Below are positions 45,816-55,882 of a stretch of DNA of 64,000 nucleotides, one piece after another. The position numbers were made by a program, and so were the translations under genes. Every line of letters starts with the position of its first letter. Within the stretch, counting starts at the first letter, position 1. Origin of the DNA: Candidatus Latescibacterota bacterium (GTDB lineage: Bacteria; Latescibacterota; UBA2968). The stretch lies in assembly GCA_965208125.1 (NCBI GenBank), contig OZ242320.1:2144001-2208000 (forward strand), in the 5' to 3' direction. Below the pieces are notes generated by a model, which was given only the letters and a program-made list of their open reading frames with translations, ran no database searches and was not told the origin of the DNA.

Positions 45816-48800
45816 TCAGATCTCTACTGGAACCATTTTGCGCGTTTTCGGCTGGTATGTCATGCCGGTGAGCAATTTTTCGAGTGTGTTGGTGACGCGG
45901 AAGACAACGCGATTTTTGCCCTGTTTGAGATAGGCTGTTTTGCCAGTCCAGCAATAAGGTGCCCAGGCGCGTACGCCCAGAGACTGGCCGTTGATGGTTA
46001 TTTCGACGATGTCGGAGAGGTTTTTTACGGTGTGTTCGAGGTCAATTTTGAAACGCGCGGTCATGGGCAGGGTTTTGATATCGATGTCTCGGGTGTATGA
46101 CACGGTGCCAGCATAGAAGGGCAGTCCCTGCGCTTTGAAGTCAAAAACTGGGCCGCTATCTTGAGAGGATGCGAGCCTGGGATAGATGTTTCGCCAGGAT
46201 TTGAGCTGAAAACGTCCAAAGAGATACATGGCATCGGCGAGGCCGTCGCCCGAGCTGTTGACTTCTACGCGGATGGCGATCACATTTTTGCCTTTGTTTA
46301 TGTGTTGTCCTACGGAGCATGTGGCATTGGCGTGATCGAACCGGAAGGTGGGGCGAAAGGCATTGCTCGGTAATTTGGAACCGTTGATGTAGATTTGATG
46401 CTCTCCCTGAATAGCACTTCGGTCCATGACCAGAGAGAGTTTACTGGGGACAATGTCTGCGATAAAGGTTGTTCGGTACCAACAAATCGTTTTTTCTGAC
46501 AGGTCGTCAAAAGGTTGTGGGCGTGTTTCGAGCCACCTGCTGTCGCTATAAGTCGGTTGATGCCAGCTCTGGCGTACGCCTGTGTTAGACGGGTCGAATT
46601 TCGTTTTGAATTTGTCCAGGCGCAGTGCGTTATCTTCTTCTGGATCGACTTTCCAGTTACCTGTTAAATTGAGTTTGAGAGTTTCTACCAGAGGCTTTTC
46701 TTTTTTTGTTTTTGCAGAGCCTGTTACGATCATGTGTGATTGCAGCCGATCAAAGGAGAGGTTGATGCGGCTCATTTCTCCAGTGGATTGGGCCACAAGG
46801 GGTGTGCGTTTGCCCGTTTCTAAATCCCATTTTTCTATCTGTCCACTGGAGGGGGGTATATAAATTTGCGCCGTAACGGGCGAATTTCCCCGATTGGCAA
46901 AAAAGAATATGTGATGCTTTTCATCTGTTCGGTGGTGATATTGTATTGCGTCGGCGTTTTTCCCGTCTGACATGATGCGTACTCGCCGGGGCAGATTTTC
47001 GTCGAGCAGGCGTTCCAGCATGAATGTCGCCTGATTTTTTTCTACAGTACCCCCCGTGCGGATAAACATGAAGTTGTCTCGACTCAGCAGGTGGACGCCC
47101 GATTCATGACCGGTGTAATCGCGAATCATTCGCCCCGGTTCCATGTCGGTCAACCGCGAGAATCCCTCGACGATTGATGCGCCCTCTTGAATATCCTCAA
47201 TGGGCAATAATCCCAGGGCGATGACGAGACCGCCTGCATTGATAAATGCGCGTAGCTTATCAAAAGCTGCGCGTTCCAGATTGGTGATGGGGGGGATGAT
47301 CAGGACCGTGTAGCGCATTTTGCCGACCCGCAATTGGCGGTTGGTGATTTCCGCCTGGGCGAAGAGGGCCGGGTCAAGGCTTTGAAAGGGCCGCTGCATC
47401 TGATACAGAGAGCGGGCAATACAAGCCCAGTCGGCAACAAGGTTATTGGTCAGTGTTTCTTCATCGGGATCATAGCCGACATAAGACCAGTTGTGAAACG
47501 GGTGTGCGAGGTGTGCCCACAGGCTGGTGACAGGATCGAGGAGTGCAATATCGGCTACTTGCTGACCCTGGCACAAGAGATGGGCAAGTCGCCCCGCGTA
47601 GTCAGACAGCAGGTGGAAGTGTTTCCAGTAGGGATTTTGATGGAACAGAGATGTGGCGTGTTTGCGCAATCCGTCGAGTGTGTAGTAGAGGGCGTGGGGC
47701 GCATAGAAGTTGGTTCCGTGGGTGCCGAGGGTATCGAGCTGTGCTTTCATATCTTGCAGCGTGGTTGCCCAGCCCGTGTTTTGAAAACAGGTATTGAGTA
47801 CGCGGGAAGTGTTTGTTTGCGCGGCGAGTGCTGTTGCAAATTCCGGGCTGTGGCGATATGATACGGCGTCTTCTTTGGCGCGTTCAACGCCGAGACCACT
47901 GCTTGTACCAGGTATGGGTACGGAAGAGCGATGTGCATTGCGAAGCGGGGTTATATCGCTCGCATAGTTGAGGACGTGCTCTTTGCACCAGTCGGCACTG
48001 CGCGCGCTGTCGTGTCGCTGTTGCAGTTCGCCCAGGGTTTGAAAATAATCGTAGCGAATGCGGCTCGTGTTGGGACCAAAGTAGGTTATGAGGGCAGGCA
48101 AGCAAGAGAGGAGATCGTAGCCATTGCGCGTTTTGAAGTATTCGGGCAATACGGGTGACCAGGGCAGGCGATCGTTTGGGAAATGCGTTTCTGCGGTTAA
48201 AATACCCTTTAAGGTTTTGCCCTGATAAGCGGAAAATCGCTCGATATAGGGTTGCTGAACGGTCTGGTGCAGGGTGCGGACAGATTCTGGATTGAACCGA
48301 TCGAGGTGTGAGCCGGGACAGTCACTATTTGCCGAGGGTTCTTGCAAAAACACGAGCACGCGCCAACGTCCGGCAGGTGCTTTCCAATACAGTCGGCGGG
48401 TGGGATTAAAAGATACATAAGTGTGGGGACGGTAGGCGGGCACAGCGTTGTTGTCGCGCAGTGCGTGGTGTTGATGATTGACGCCCAGATAAGCGCTGAT
48501 ATCTTGTTTGTCTTCCCACAGACAGCGATCTCTTCGCAAGGGAACGGCAAGTGTATGTAACACGGGTGCCCAGGGCAATGTGAGATCAACTTGTTGCCCG
48601 CCCTGTACAACGGTTTCGCGAAAGGTGAGTTGTTGTGCGATGAATTGGGGATGATTTAAGGTGATTTGGGTTGATCCAATACCACCTGGATAGCGGTATT
48701 CATCGTGAATCCAGACATGGAGGCCACATTCTTCTGCTGTTTCAAGTGCCAATTTTACGCGATCGAACCAGATGTGCGACAAATAAGGCGTTTTTAGCCC

Positions 48801-48971
48801 AGGACCCGTTGATAGACAAAATCCACCAAGTCCTTTTTCGCTCATTTCGCGGATTTGACGGACGAGTTCGTTTTCTTCTATTATGCCGTTCCATATCCAA
48901 AATGGAACGAGGCGGTCAGCAGCAGGGGGATTGATGAAATTTTTAGGGTTCATATTAGTTTGCGTCAGCAC
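45816..48971 (-). CDS. Glycoside hydrolase (GH106 / alpha-L-rhamnosidase-like) with C-terminal beta-sandwich domains
   Basis: PFWIWNG, GLGGF, WIHDEYRYPGG, HALYYT, GLPFYAG, LGVRAWAPY. Confidence 0.75.
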   Translation of the reverse strand: MLTQTNMNPKNFINPPAADRLVPFWIWNGIIEENELVRQIREMSEKGLGGFCLSTGPGLKTPYLSHIWFDRVKLALETAEECGLHVWIHDEYRYPGGIGSTQITLNHPQFIAQQLTFRETVVQGGQQVDLTLPWAPVLHTLAVPLRRDRCLWEDKQDISAYLGVNHQHHALRDNNAVPAYRPHTYVSFNPTRRLYWKAPAGRWRVLVFLQEPSANSDCPGSHLDRFNPESVRTLHQTVQQPYIERFSAYQGKTLKGILTAETHFPNDRLPWSPVLPEYFKTRNGYDLLSCLPALITYFGPNTSRIRYDYFQTLGELQQRHDSARSADWCKEHVLNYASDITPLRNAHRSSVPIPGTSSGLGVERAKEDAVSYRHSPEFATALAAQTNTSRVLNTCFQNTGWATTLQDMKAQLDTLGTHGTNFYAPHALYYTLDGLRKHATSLFHQNPYWKHFHLLSDYAGRLAHLLCQGQQVADIALLDPVTSLWAHLAHPFHNWSYVGYDPDEETLTNNLVADWACIARSLYQMQRPFQSLDPALFAQAEITNRQLRVGKMRYTVLIIPPITNLERAAFDKLRAFINAGGLVIALGLLPIEDIQEGASIVEGFSRLTDMEPGRMIRDYTGHESGVHLLSRDNFMFIRTGGTVEKNQATFMLERLLDENLPRRVRIMSDGKNADAIQYHHRTDEKHHIFFFANRGNSPVTAQIYIPPSSGQIEKWDLETGKRTPLVAQSTGEMSRINLSFDRLQSHMIVTGSAKTKKEKPLVETLKLNLTGNWKVDPEEDNALRLDKFKTKFDPSNTGVRQSWHQPTYSDSRWLETRPQPFDDLSEKTICWYRTTFIADIVPSKLSLVMDRSAIQGEHQIYINGSKLPSNAFRPTFRFDHANATCSVGQHINKGKNVIAIRVEVNSSGDGLADAMYLFGRFQLKSWRNIYPRLASSQDSGPVFDFKAQGLPFYAGTVSYTRDIDIKTLPMTARFKIDLEHTVKNLSDIVEITINGQSLGVRAWAPYCWTGKTAYLKQGKNRVVFRVTNTLEKLLTGMTYQPKTRKMVPVEI

Positions 48972-49188
48972 AGGCTTGACATATATATGTAACTACCCGG
49001 CCATGCGGGCGAATACGGGTGAGTTTAATCTCGCCTTCTCGCTGTTTGCACTGCGCGCACGGACGGTCTAATTTGGGGGAAGTAAGGGTCGCGCAGGTAT
49101 CACAGCGATAAAGGACGCGCTTTATGCCGTTTTCGATATGCGTTTGTGCTTTTGTAGCCGGAACTTTGCCACATTGTTCGCAGATCAA
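48955..49188 (-). CDS. Small double zinc-ribbon protein (duplicated McsA N-terminus-like module)
   Basis: Four CxxC motifs; TTG start after GAGG. Confidence 0.65.
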   Translation of the reverse strand: MICEQCGKVPATKAQTHIENGIKRVLYRCDTCATLTSPKLDRPCAQCKQREGEIKLTRIRPHGRVVTYICQACADAN

Positions 49189-49379
49189 TGGTGTGACCTC
49201 GCGTTTTGAGATGCCCGCGCTCCGTTTGTTTATAACCCCGAAAAATTTAATGTCTGTGTAGAAAAAGTCAAGTTATTTTAATAAAATGTTGTTTTATTAT
49301 AAGTTTATGAAATGATATATGAGCTGTTAAAATACGTACTTGTCAATAGTAAGCTTTATCACTATAATGCCGGGGTGTT

Positions 49380-49991
49380 ATGAACGAGCAAATTTACGGT
49401 CTTGTGCTGGCTGCGGGTATGGCGCAGCGCATGGGGTCAACCAAACAGTTGTTGCCTTTTGGCGATAGAACGATTCTTCAAACAGTAGTTGATACGCTGT
49501 CAGGTGCTGATCTGGCTGGCATTGTGGTGGTTTTGGGGCACGATGCAGATGCTGTGCGCGAGAGTTTGCGCGGTCGGCCCGTGCTGTGTTGTGTGAATGA
49601 TGCCTACCGCGAGGGGATGTTTTCCAGTGTGCTTTGCGGTCTCCGTCATTTGCCTGCAGATGCAGATGCTGTGCTTATCGCTCTTGGCGATCAGCCTCAG
49701 ATTGAGTTGCATGTTGTTCAGGCTGTGGTGCAGGCATACCGCGAAGGCGACCGGGGTATTGTGATTCCCCTTTCGGGTGGCAAGCGCGGGCATCCAGTGC
49801 TGATCAATTTGTCGCGTTACCAGAGCGAGATTCTGGTGCTCTCAGGGGATGAAGGTCTCAAGCCGGTTATGCGCGGACACCCGCAAGACACGAGGGAGGT
49901 GTCGGTAGATGATGAGGGTATTTTGCGGGATCTGGATACGCCAGAAGATTATCGGGCGGAGTTGGAGAGGCGGGGAACAAATGGAGAATAG
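49380..49991 (+). CDS. MocA-like NTP transferase
   Basis: LAAGMAQRMG, GMFSS, LGDQP, RGHPV, DLDTPEDY. Confidence 0.85.
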   Translation: MNEQIYGLVLAAGMAQRMGSTKQLLPFGDRTILQTVVDTLSGADLAGIVVVLGHDADAVRESLRGRPVLCCVNDAYREGMFSSVLCGLRHLPADADAVLIALGDQPQIELHVVQAVVQAYREGDRGIVIPLSGGKRGHPVLINLSRYQSEILVLSGDEGLKPVMRGHPQDTREVSVDDEGILRDLDTPEDYRAELERRGTNGE

Positions 49992-49994
49992 CAG

Positions 49995-51044
49995 ATGCTG
50001 GCAAAAGATGTCGAGATTGCATTGAAGAAAGGGCAGGTGATTCCCGCACATCCGCTGGCACTGACCGCAGAGCGGAAGCTGGACGCGCGGCGGCAACAGG
50101 CGTTGTCGCGCTATTATATTGCTGCTGGTGCGGGGGGATTGGCCGTGGGGGTGCATACGACACAATTTGAGATTCGCGATCCCAAATGGGATTTGTATCG
50201 GCCCGTTTTGGAACTGGCAGCGTGTGTGATAGATGCCGATGCACCGGCTGATTTTATCCGCGTGGCTGGTATTGTGGGCAATACGCGACAGGCGGTGTCA
50301 GAGGCAGAAATAGCGCGTGATTGCGGCTATGAGATCGGGTTGGTGAGCTTGCGCGCTTTTGCCAATGCGAGTGTCGATGCTATGGTTGCACACTGCCGCG
50401 CTGTAGCCGATGTGATTCCGGTGATGGGATTTTATCTGCAGCCGGCTGTGGGAGGATGTGTGTTGCCGTTTGATTTTTGGCGGCGTTTTGCAGAGATTGA
50501 GTCTGTGGTGGGGATTAAGATCGCGCCTTTTGATCGGTACCAGACGCTGGATGTGATTCGAGGGGTTGTGGCTGCGGGACGGGTAGAGGATATTGCGCTT
50601 TATACGGGGAATGACGACAATATTGTGATGGATTTGTTGACGACGCACCGGTTTGTGTGCGATGGCGCGTGTGTGGATGTGCGTATTGTGGGCGGGCTTT
50701 TGGGGCATTGGGCGGTGTGGACAAAGAAGGCGGTGGAAATTCTGAGGGCGTGTCACAAGAGCGCGCAGCTGGATGCTGTGCCGAGGGAGATGCTGACGCG
50801 GGCGATTGAGGTGACGGATTGCAATGCGGCGTTTTTTGATGTGCCCAATGCTTTTCACGGGTGTATTGCCGGCGTTCACGAGGTGTTGCGAAGGCAGGGG
50901 CTTCTCGAGGGTGTCTGGTGTCTAAATCCAGAAGAGGGTCTGTCGTCGGGACAAGCGGAGGAGATCGATCGCGTGTATGCTGCTTATCCGCATTTGAACG
51001 ATGACGATTTTGTGGCGGAGCATTTGGATGCGTGGTTGGGGTGA
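49995..51044 (+). CDS. DHDPS/NAL-family aldolase
   Basis: AVGVHTTQF, FYLQPAVGG, GIKIAPF (Schiff-base Lys). Confidence 0.85.
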   Translation: MLAKDVEIALKKGQVIPAHPLALTAERKLDARRQQALSRYYIAAGAGGLAVGVHTTQFEIRDPKWDLYRPVLELAACVIDADAPADFIRVAGIVGNTRQAVSEAEIARDCGYEIGLVSLRAFANASVDAMVAHCRAVADVIPVMGFYLQPAVGGCVLPFDFWRRFAEIESVVGIKIAPFDRYQTLDVIRGVVAAGRVEDIALYTGNDDNIVMDLLTTHRFVCDGACVDVRIVGGLLGHWAVWTKKAVEILRACHKSAQLDAVPREMLTRAIEVTDCNAAFFDVPNAFHGCIAGVHEVLRRQGLLEGVWCLNPEEGLSSGQAEEIDRVYAAYPHLNDDDFVAEHLDAWLG

Positions 51045-51124
51045 GGTAAATTTTGTTGACTTGCAAGGTATCGCTGTGCATGTTGCTTTTGTTCACATTT
51101 TTAACTGATTGAAGGAGGTTTGTC

Positions 51125-52534
51125 GTGAAAATGCATATTGGTGGTCAATGGGTGGATAAGGCTGAGAAGATCAATGTGATCAATCCATTTGATAATTCGG
51201 TGGTGGATACGGTGCCCAAAGGCGATGCAGCAGATGCGGAGGTGGCGATTGCGACAGCCGTGCGCGGTGCCAAAGCGATGGCGGCTTTGACGGCTTATGA
51301 GCGGTATGAAATTTTGCATCGGGCTGTGAATTTGATGCGTGAACGGGTCGAGGATTTGGGGCGGACGATTACGCTGGAAGAGGGCAAGGTTCTGGCCGAG
51401 GGCATCGGCGAGGCCGGGCGGGCGATTGAGACGATGACGCTGTCTGCAGAGGAGGCCAAGCGGTTGTACGGCGAGACCATTCCGCTGGATGGCGGTTCGG
51501 GGGTGCGCGATCAGTTTGGTTTTACGTTGCGCGTGCCGTGTGGGGTGGTGCTGGCGATTACGCCGTTTAATTTTCCCCTGAATCTGGTGTGTCACAAGGT
51601 GGGCCCCGCGCTGGCTGCGGGCAATGCGGTGATTGTGAAGCCAGCGACAGATACGCCGCTTTCGGCGCTGAAGCTGGTGGAGATTCTGGTCGAGGCCGGT
51701 GTGCCTGCCGAGGCTGTGCAGTGTATTACGGGTCCGGGGAATGAATTGGGCCATGCGCTTTGTTCGGATAGCCGCGTGCGCAAGATCAGTTTTACGGGTA
51801 GCCGCGATGTGGGTGAAGAGATTTGCAATATGGCCGGGTTGAAGAAGGTGACGATGGAACTCGGGTCCAATGCGCCTTTGATTGTGATGCCGGATGCGGA
51901 TCTGGATCAGGTGGCGGCTGCGACGGCGACGACGGGTTTTGCCAATGCCGGGCAGGTGTGTATTTCAGCGCAGCGGGTGATTGTCAATGATGCGGTTTAC
52001 GGCGATTTTATCGATGCGTTGACGCCAAAGGTCGAGGCGCTGGCGACGGGCAATCCCATTGATGATGGCGTGATGATGGGTCCGATGGTACGGGAGCGCG
52101 ATGCCGAGCGCGTGCAGGCGTGGATTCAGGATGCGGTGGGTGCTGGTGCGCGTCTGGTGACGGGCGGCGAGCGCGATGGTGCGATTTATCAACCGACGAT
52201 TCTCGCCGATGTGGATCCGAGTATGAAAATTTCGTGCGATGAGTTGTTTGGACCCGCGGTGGGTATTACGCGGTTTGACGATATTGACGCTGCGATTGCT
52301 ATGGCCAATGATACGAATTACGGTTTGAGTGCGGCACTGTTTACAGAGAATATCCACTGGGCGATGCGGTTTGCACGAGAGGTGCATTCGGGCAATATTC
52401 ACGTCAACTGGGGTACGCAGTGGCGTGCGGATTTGATGCCCTACGGCGGGCTGAAGGATAGTGGGATGGGCAAGGAGGGTCCGAAGTACGCGGTGGAGGA
52501 GATGACGGAGACGAAGATGGTGGTGTTTCATTAA
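51125..52534 (+). CDS. Aldehyde dehydrogenase
   Basis: PFNFP, FTGS, MELG, GQVC, ELFGP. Confidence 0.95.
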   Translation: MKMHIGGQWVDKAEKINVINPFDNSVVDTVPKGDAADAEVAIATAVRGAKAMAALTAYERYEILHRAVNLMRERVEDLGRTITLEEGKVLAEGIGEAGRAIETMTLSAEEAKRLYGETIPLDGGSGVRDQFGFTLRVPCGVVLAITPFNFPLNLVCHKVGPALAAGNAVIVKPATDTPLSALKLVEILVEAGVPAEAVQCITGPGNELGHALCSDSRVRKISFTGSRDVGEEICNMAGLKKVTMELGSNAPLIVMPDADLDQVAAATATTGFANAGQVCISAQRVIVNDAVYGDFIDALTPKVEALATGNPIDDGVMMGPMVRERDAERVQAWIQDAVGAGARLVTGGERDGAIYQPTILADVDPSMKISCDELFGPAVGITRFDDIDAAIAMANDTNYGLSAALFTENIHWAMRFAREVHSGNIHVNWGTQWRADLMPYGGLKDSGMGKEGPKYAVEEMTETKMVVFH

Positions 52535-52550
52535 GTTGTTTGTAAGATGC

Positions 52551-52588
52551 GAAAAAACGGCTCCTCAATCGAGGAGCCGTTTTTTTTT
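52551..52588. terminator. Bidirectional terminator
   Basis: aaaaaacggctcctc-aatc-gaggagccgttttt. Confidence 0.85.
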
Positions 52589-54128
52589 ACCAATTCTCTA
52601 CGGGTCCGGCATAAGGCGCGTGTTCGAATCGGCAGGGCGATTCGACGAGGCGCGGGTCGTTTTGTTCGCGCAGGGTTTGCATGAGTGCGGTGGAGAGTTC
52701 TTTGCGGATGGGATCGTATTCGGGGTCGTCGGCGATGTTGTTCAGGTAGTGCGGGTCAACGCGCAGGTTGTAGAGTTCTTCCTGGGGACGTTTGCCAAAG
52801 CCGATTTCGAATAGTTCCTGTATGTCTTGTTCTGCGCGGTGGAGGATCATATAGGATTTTGTGGGGCTGGCGTCCATGTCGGGATAGGCGATGAAGGTTT
52901 TCCCTGTCAGGTCTTCGGCAGAAGGGGCTTCTGCATGGAGGTCATCGAGTCCCTGGGGATCGCCCATGGGCCAGCGGTCGGGTGCAAAGTTGTGGATGTA
53001 GAGAAAGTCAGCCGTGCGGATGGCGCGTTGCGGATAGGGCAACTGGCCTTCTCTTGCGGTGCCAACGTGTCGTTCTCGTCCGGTGATGACAAAGGTGCGG
53101 TCGGGATCGATTAGGCCGCTCTGGTCGCTTTTGAGTACGGGGAGCAGGCTTTTGCCGGTCATGGTATTGGGGATGTCTGCGCCTGCGGCTTCGAGGAATG
53201 TGGGGGCGAGGTCCATGAGGTTGACAAAGTCTTCAACGGTGCGTCCCGCGGGGATGTTGTTGGGCCAGCGCGCGGCGAGGGTGACTTCGCAGCCGATGTC
53301 GTAGAGGTTGCATTTGCCGCGGGGAAAGCCCGGTATGCCGTGGTCGCCGCTGACGACGATGAGGGTGTTGTCGAGTTCGCCGATTTCTTCGAGGCGCTGG
53401 ATCAAGACGCCGAGGCCCGCGTCAACGGCCTGACATTCGCCCAGGTAGTCGGCTACGTCTTCGCGGATGTCGTGTACATCGGGTAGGAAGCCGGGTAAGC
53501 GGCCTTTGAGGTCGTCGGGCTCCAGACCCCATAAGGCTTTGCCAGAGCCGCGTTCCCAGGAGCGGTGGGTGTTGGTGGGTCCCCACCAGTAGCAGAAGGG
53601 GGTGTTCTCTGGACGGGCGTCGAGGAATGAATTGAAGTTGTCGCGGGTTTCGCTTAGCAGGGCTTGTTTGGCGCCTTCAACGCCCAGTTCATCGGCGTTT
53701 TTGGTTACCCAGTGGGAGAATCTCCGGTAGTTGTTGCCAGCGGATTCATAGCGGGTTCGGTCGGCGCCATAAGGGGCGTTGGCGGCTTTTCCGGGGGACC
53801 AGACTTTGTAGGTGTAGCCGATGTGGTATCCGGCTTTTTCGAGTTCGAGGGGGTAGGTGGGGATGCTTTCGTCCCATATTGCACCTTGTAAGATCGCGCC
53901 GAGGCCGGTTTGCCAGAAGTATTGTCCAGAGAGGATGGAACTTCGGCAGGGGGTACAACTCGGCGCGGGTACAAAGGCGTTGGTGAATAGTGCGCCTTCG
54001 CTGGCGATGCGGTCAAAGTTGGGGGTGTCGATGAGTTGATTGAGGGAGTTGGGGCCTTCTATGCGCTGATAAGCGCTGGCATAACGCCCCCAGTCGTCGG
54101 CAAAAGCAAAGAGGATGTTGGGTTGCAT
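52587..54128 (-). CDS. Sulfatase (sulfamidase-like S1)
   Basis: PNILFAFADDW, CTPCR, GDHG, RERH. Confidence 0.9.
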   Translation of the reverse strand: MQPNILFAFADDWGRYASAYQRIEGPNSLNQLIDTPNFDRIASEGALFTNAFVPAPSCTPCRSSILSGQYFWQTGLGAILQGAIWDESIPTYPLELEKAGYHIGYTYKVWSPGKAANAPYGADRTRYESAGNNYRRFSHWVTKNADELGVEGAKQALLSETRDNFNSFLDARPENTPFCYWWGPTNTHRSWERGSGKALWGLEPDDLKGRLPGFLPDVHDIREDVADYLGECQAVDAGLGVLIQRLEEIGELDNTLIVVSGDHGIPGFPRGKCNLYDIGCEVTLAARWPNNIPAGRTVEDFVNLMDLAPTFLEAAGADIPNTMTGKSLLPVLKSDQSGLIDPDRTFVITGRERHVGTAREGQLPYPQRAIRTADFLYIHNFAPDRWPMGDPQGLDDLHAEAPSAEDLTGKTFIAYPDMDASPTKSYMILHRAEQDIQELFEIGFGKRPQEELYNLRVDPHYLNNIADDPEYDPIRKELSTALMQTLREQNDPRLVESPCRFEHAPYAGPVENW

Positions 54129-54161
54129 GGGTTCTCCATTTTTGGTGTGGATGTTGAAAGC

Positions 54162-55511
54162 CTATTTCGGTGCCGTGTATTTGGCCGCGCCTTCGCCTGC
54201 GATGAGGCCATAGGCGAGGCCCATGCACAGGCCGCCCGTGTAGCCCCGGGTGTAGATGCCGCCACAGTCGGCTCCGGCCGCGTAGAGGCCCGGGATGGGC
54301 TGGTCGTTTTTGTCTATGACTTGTGCCTGGGCGTTGACTTTGGCACCGCCGTAGGTGAAGGTGATGCCGGGCAAGGTGCGGATGGCGTAATAGGGCGGTG
54401 TGTTGAGGGGGATGAGGCCGCCGGTTTTTGGTATTGAGAGGGTTTGGCCGTTGCCTGTGGCGCAGGCGGTGGCGTATTCGGCCATTGTTTTTTCAAAGGT
54501 GTGGGCGGGGATGTGCCAGAGGTTGTTCAGTGCGCGGGTGAGTTCGGGCAAGGAGGATGTTTCGATGACTTCGCCGCCTGCTTCGCGGATGTTTTTGACG
54601 CGGTCGTTGTCCGGGGTAGGCCACTGGGAGAGTGCGTTCTGGTTGTCGCGGATGTGCTGGTCAAAGATGAGGATGGCCGTGGCCCGGGGTTGTTGGACGA
54701 GGGTGTGGCAGGTGACTTCGTCGCCGAGATATTCGTCGTCGTATCGCTCGCCTTTGAGGTTGATTAAGATGGCGTATTCGCTGAAGTCGGGTTTGACTTT
54801 GAGGAAGTTGTGGAGGCCGACTCGTGCGGGGGGTGCGGGAAGGAGGTGGCCGTAGAAGCGGTTGAGGGGTCCTGTGGGTTGCGCGCCTGCTTCAAGTGCG
54901 CTTTGAAAGCCGCCGCCGGTGTTTTGGGGTACGCCGCGGACGATCATGTGATCGGATTCTGTGCCGAAATACTGCGCGCGCAATTCGGGGCTGGCCTGAT
55001 ATCCGCCGGTTGATAGGATGACGGATTGGGTTTTCAATTCTGAGTGTGTGGTTTTGATGCCTGTGATGGGTTTGCCGTTGCCGCCGATGAGGCCGGTCAG
55101 GCCGGTGTGTGTGAGGATGGTGCCGCCCCTGTGTTGGAACTGATAGCCGAGGATTTCCAGTGCGGTGCGGGCGTCGGGGGTGAACTGGTAGATGGTGCGT
55201 TGAAATTTGTACGGTTTGTCTTCGCGCGCTTGTAGGGATACGCCCTGTTTGCGAAGCCATTCGATGCCTGTGTAGAAGCGGTCGATGAGCGCGGTGCCGA
55301 GTGCTGTGTCACCATTGGGCTGCACTTTGAGCCATTCGTCGATGTTTTTTGCACACCAGATGGTGCCGCCCGATGCGGCTGCAGATCCGCCGATTGTTTC
55401 GGCTTTTTCGACGATGGCTACGGATGCGCCTTTTTCCCGAGCGCGCAACGCCGCACACAATCCACCTATGCCCGCGCCCGCTACTATGACGTCGTAATGG
55501 TCAGACATCAT
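54162..55511 (-). CDS. FAD-dependent oxidoreductase (TcuA / flavocytochrome c-like)
   Basis: GAGIGG, STGGY, ITFTYGG, PGLYAAG. Confidence 0.85.
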   Translation of the reverse strand: MMSDHYDVIVAGAGIGGLCAALRAREKGASVAIVEKAETIGGSAAASGGTIWCAKNIDEWLKVQPNGDTALGTALIDRFYTGIEWLRKQGVSLQAREDKPYKFQRTIYQFTPDARTALEILGYQFQHRGGTILTHTGLTGLIGGNGKPITGIKTTHSELKTQSVILSTGGYQASPELRAQYFGTESDHMIVRGVPQNTGGGFQSALEAGAQPTGPLNRFYGHLLPAPPARVGLHNFLKVKPDFSEYAILINLKGERYDDEYLGDEVTCHTLVQQPRATAILIFDQHIRDNQNALSQWPTPDNDRVKNIREAGGEVIETSSLPELTRALNNLWHIPAHTFEKTMAEYATACATGNGQTLSIPKTGGLIPLNTPPYYAIRTLPGITFTYGGAKVNAQAQVIDKNDQPIPGLYAAGADCGGIYTRGYTGGLCMGLAYGLIAGEGAAKYTAPK

Positions 55512-55882
55512 ATTTCTCCTGTGAATATCGGGACGCATCCTAATACAGTTTGTTCCCGCTGTCAAGGTAAAGAGAAAAGGAGGTGAGATAATCACACCTC
55601 CTCAGAGCGGTACATATCTTTCAACTGATCTCTCATTCATCGCTCAAAATGTACCCTCTCGCCTTTCATCTGTGCCCATCTGCGTCCATCTGCGGATTAA
55701 ATTCAGGTTGTAAACAAGGGCGCAATACAGCATATTTAAAGCAAAATGCGGTGTTTAGATGTCTGCCAATACAAATTCTCGCTCAATTCTGTGATAATTA
55801 CATTTTTGGCCTGATATTTGCTTTGTGTCTGAGTGTTGCGCGTGTCCCACGCACTTACCCCATCAGACACGAGGCATTTCAC

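Noticed and set aside
55649-55882. N-terminal extensions in the ORF track (Rpn; also 13755, 19658, 25740, 36953, 40477)
   Set aside because: They run through intergenic repeats or promoters. Downstream starts generally have better RBSs and match family N-termini.
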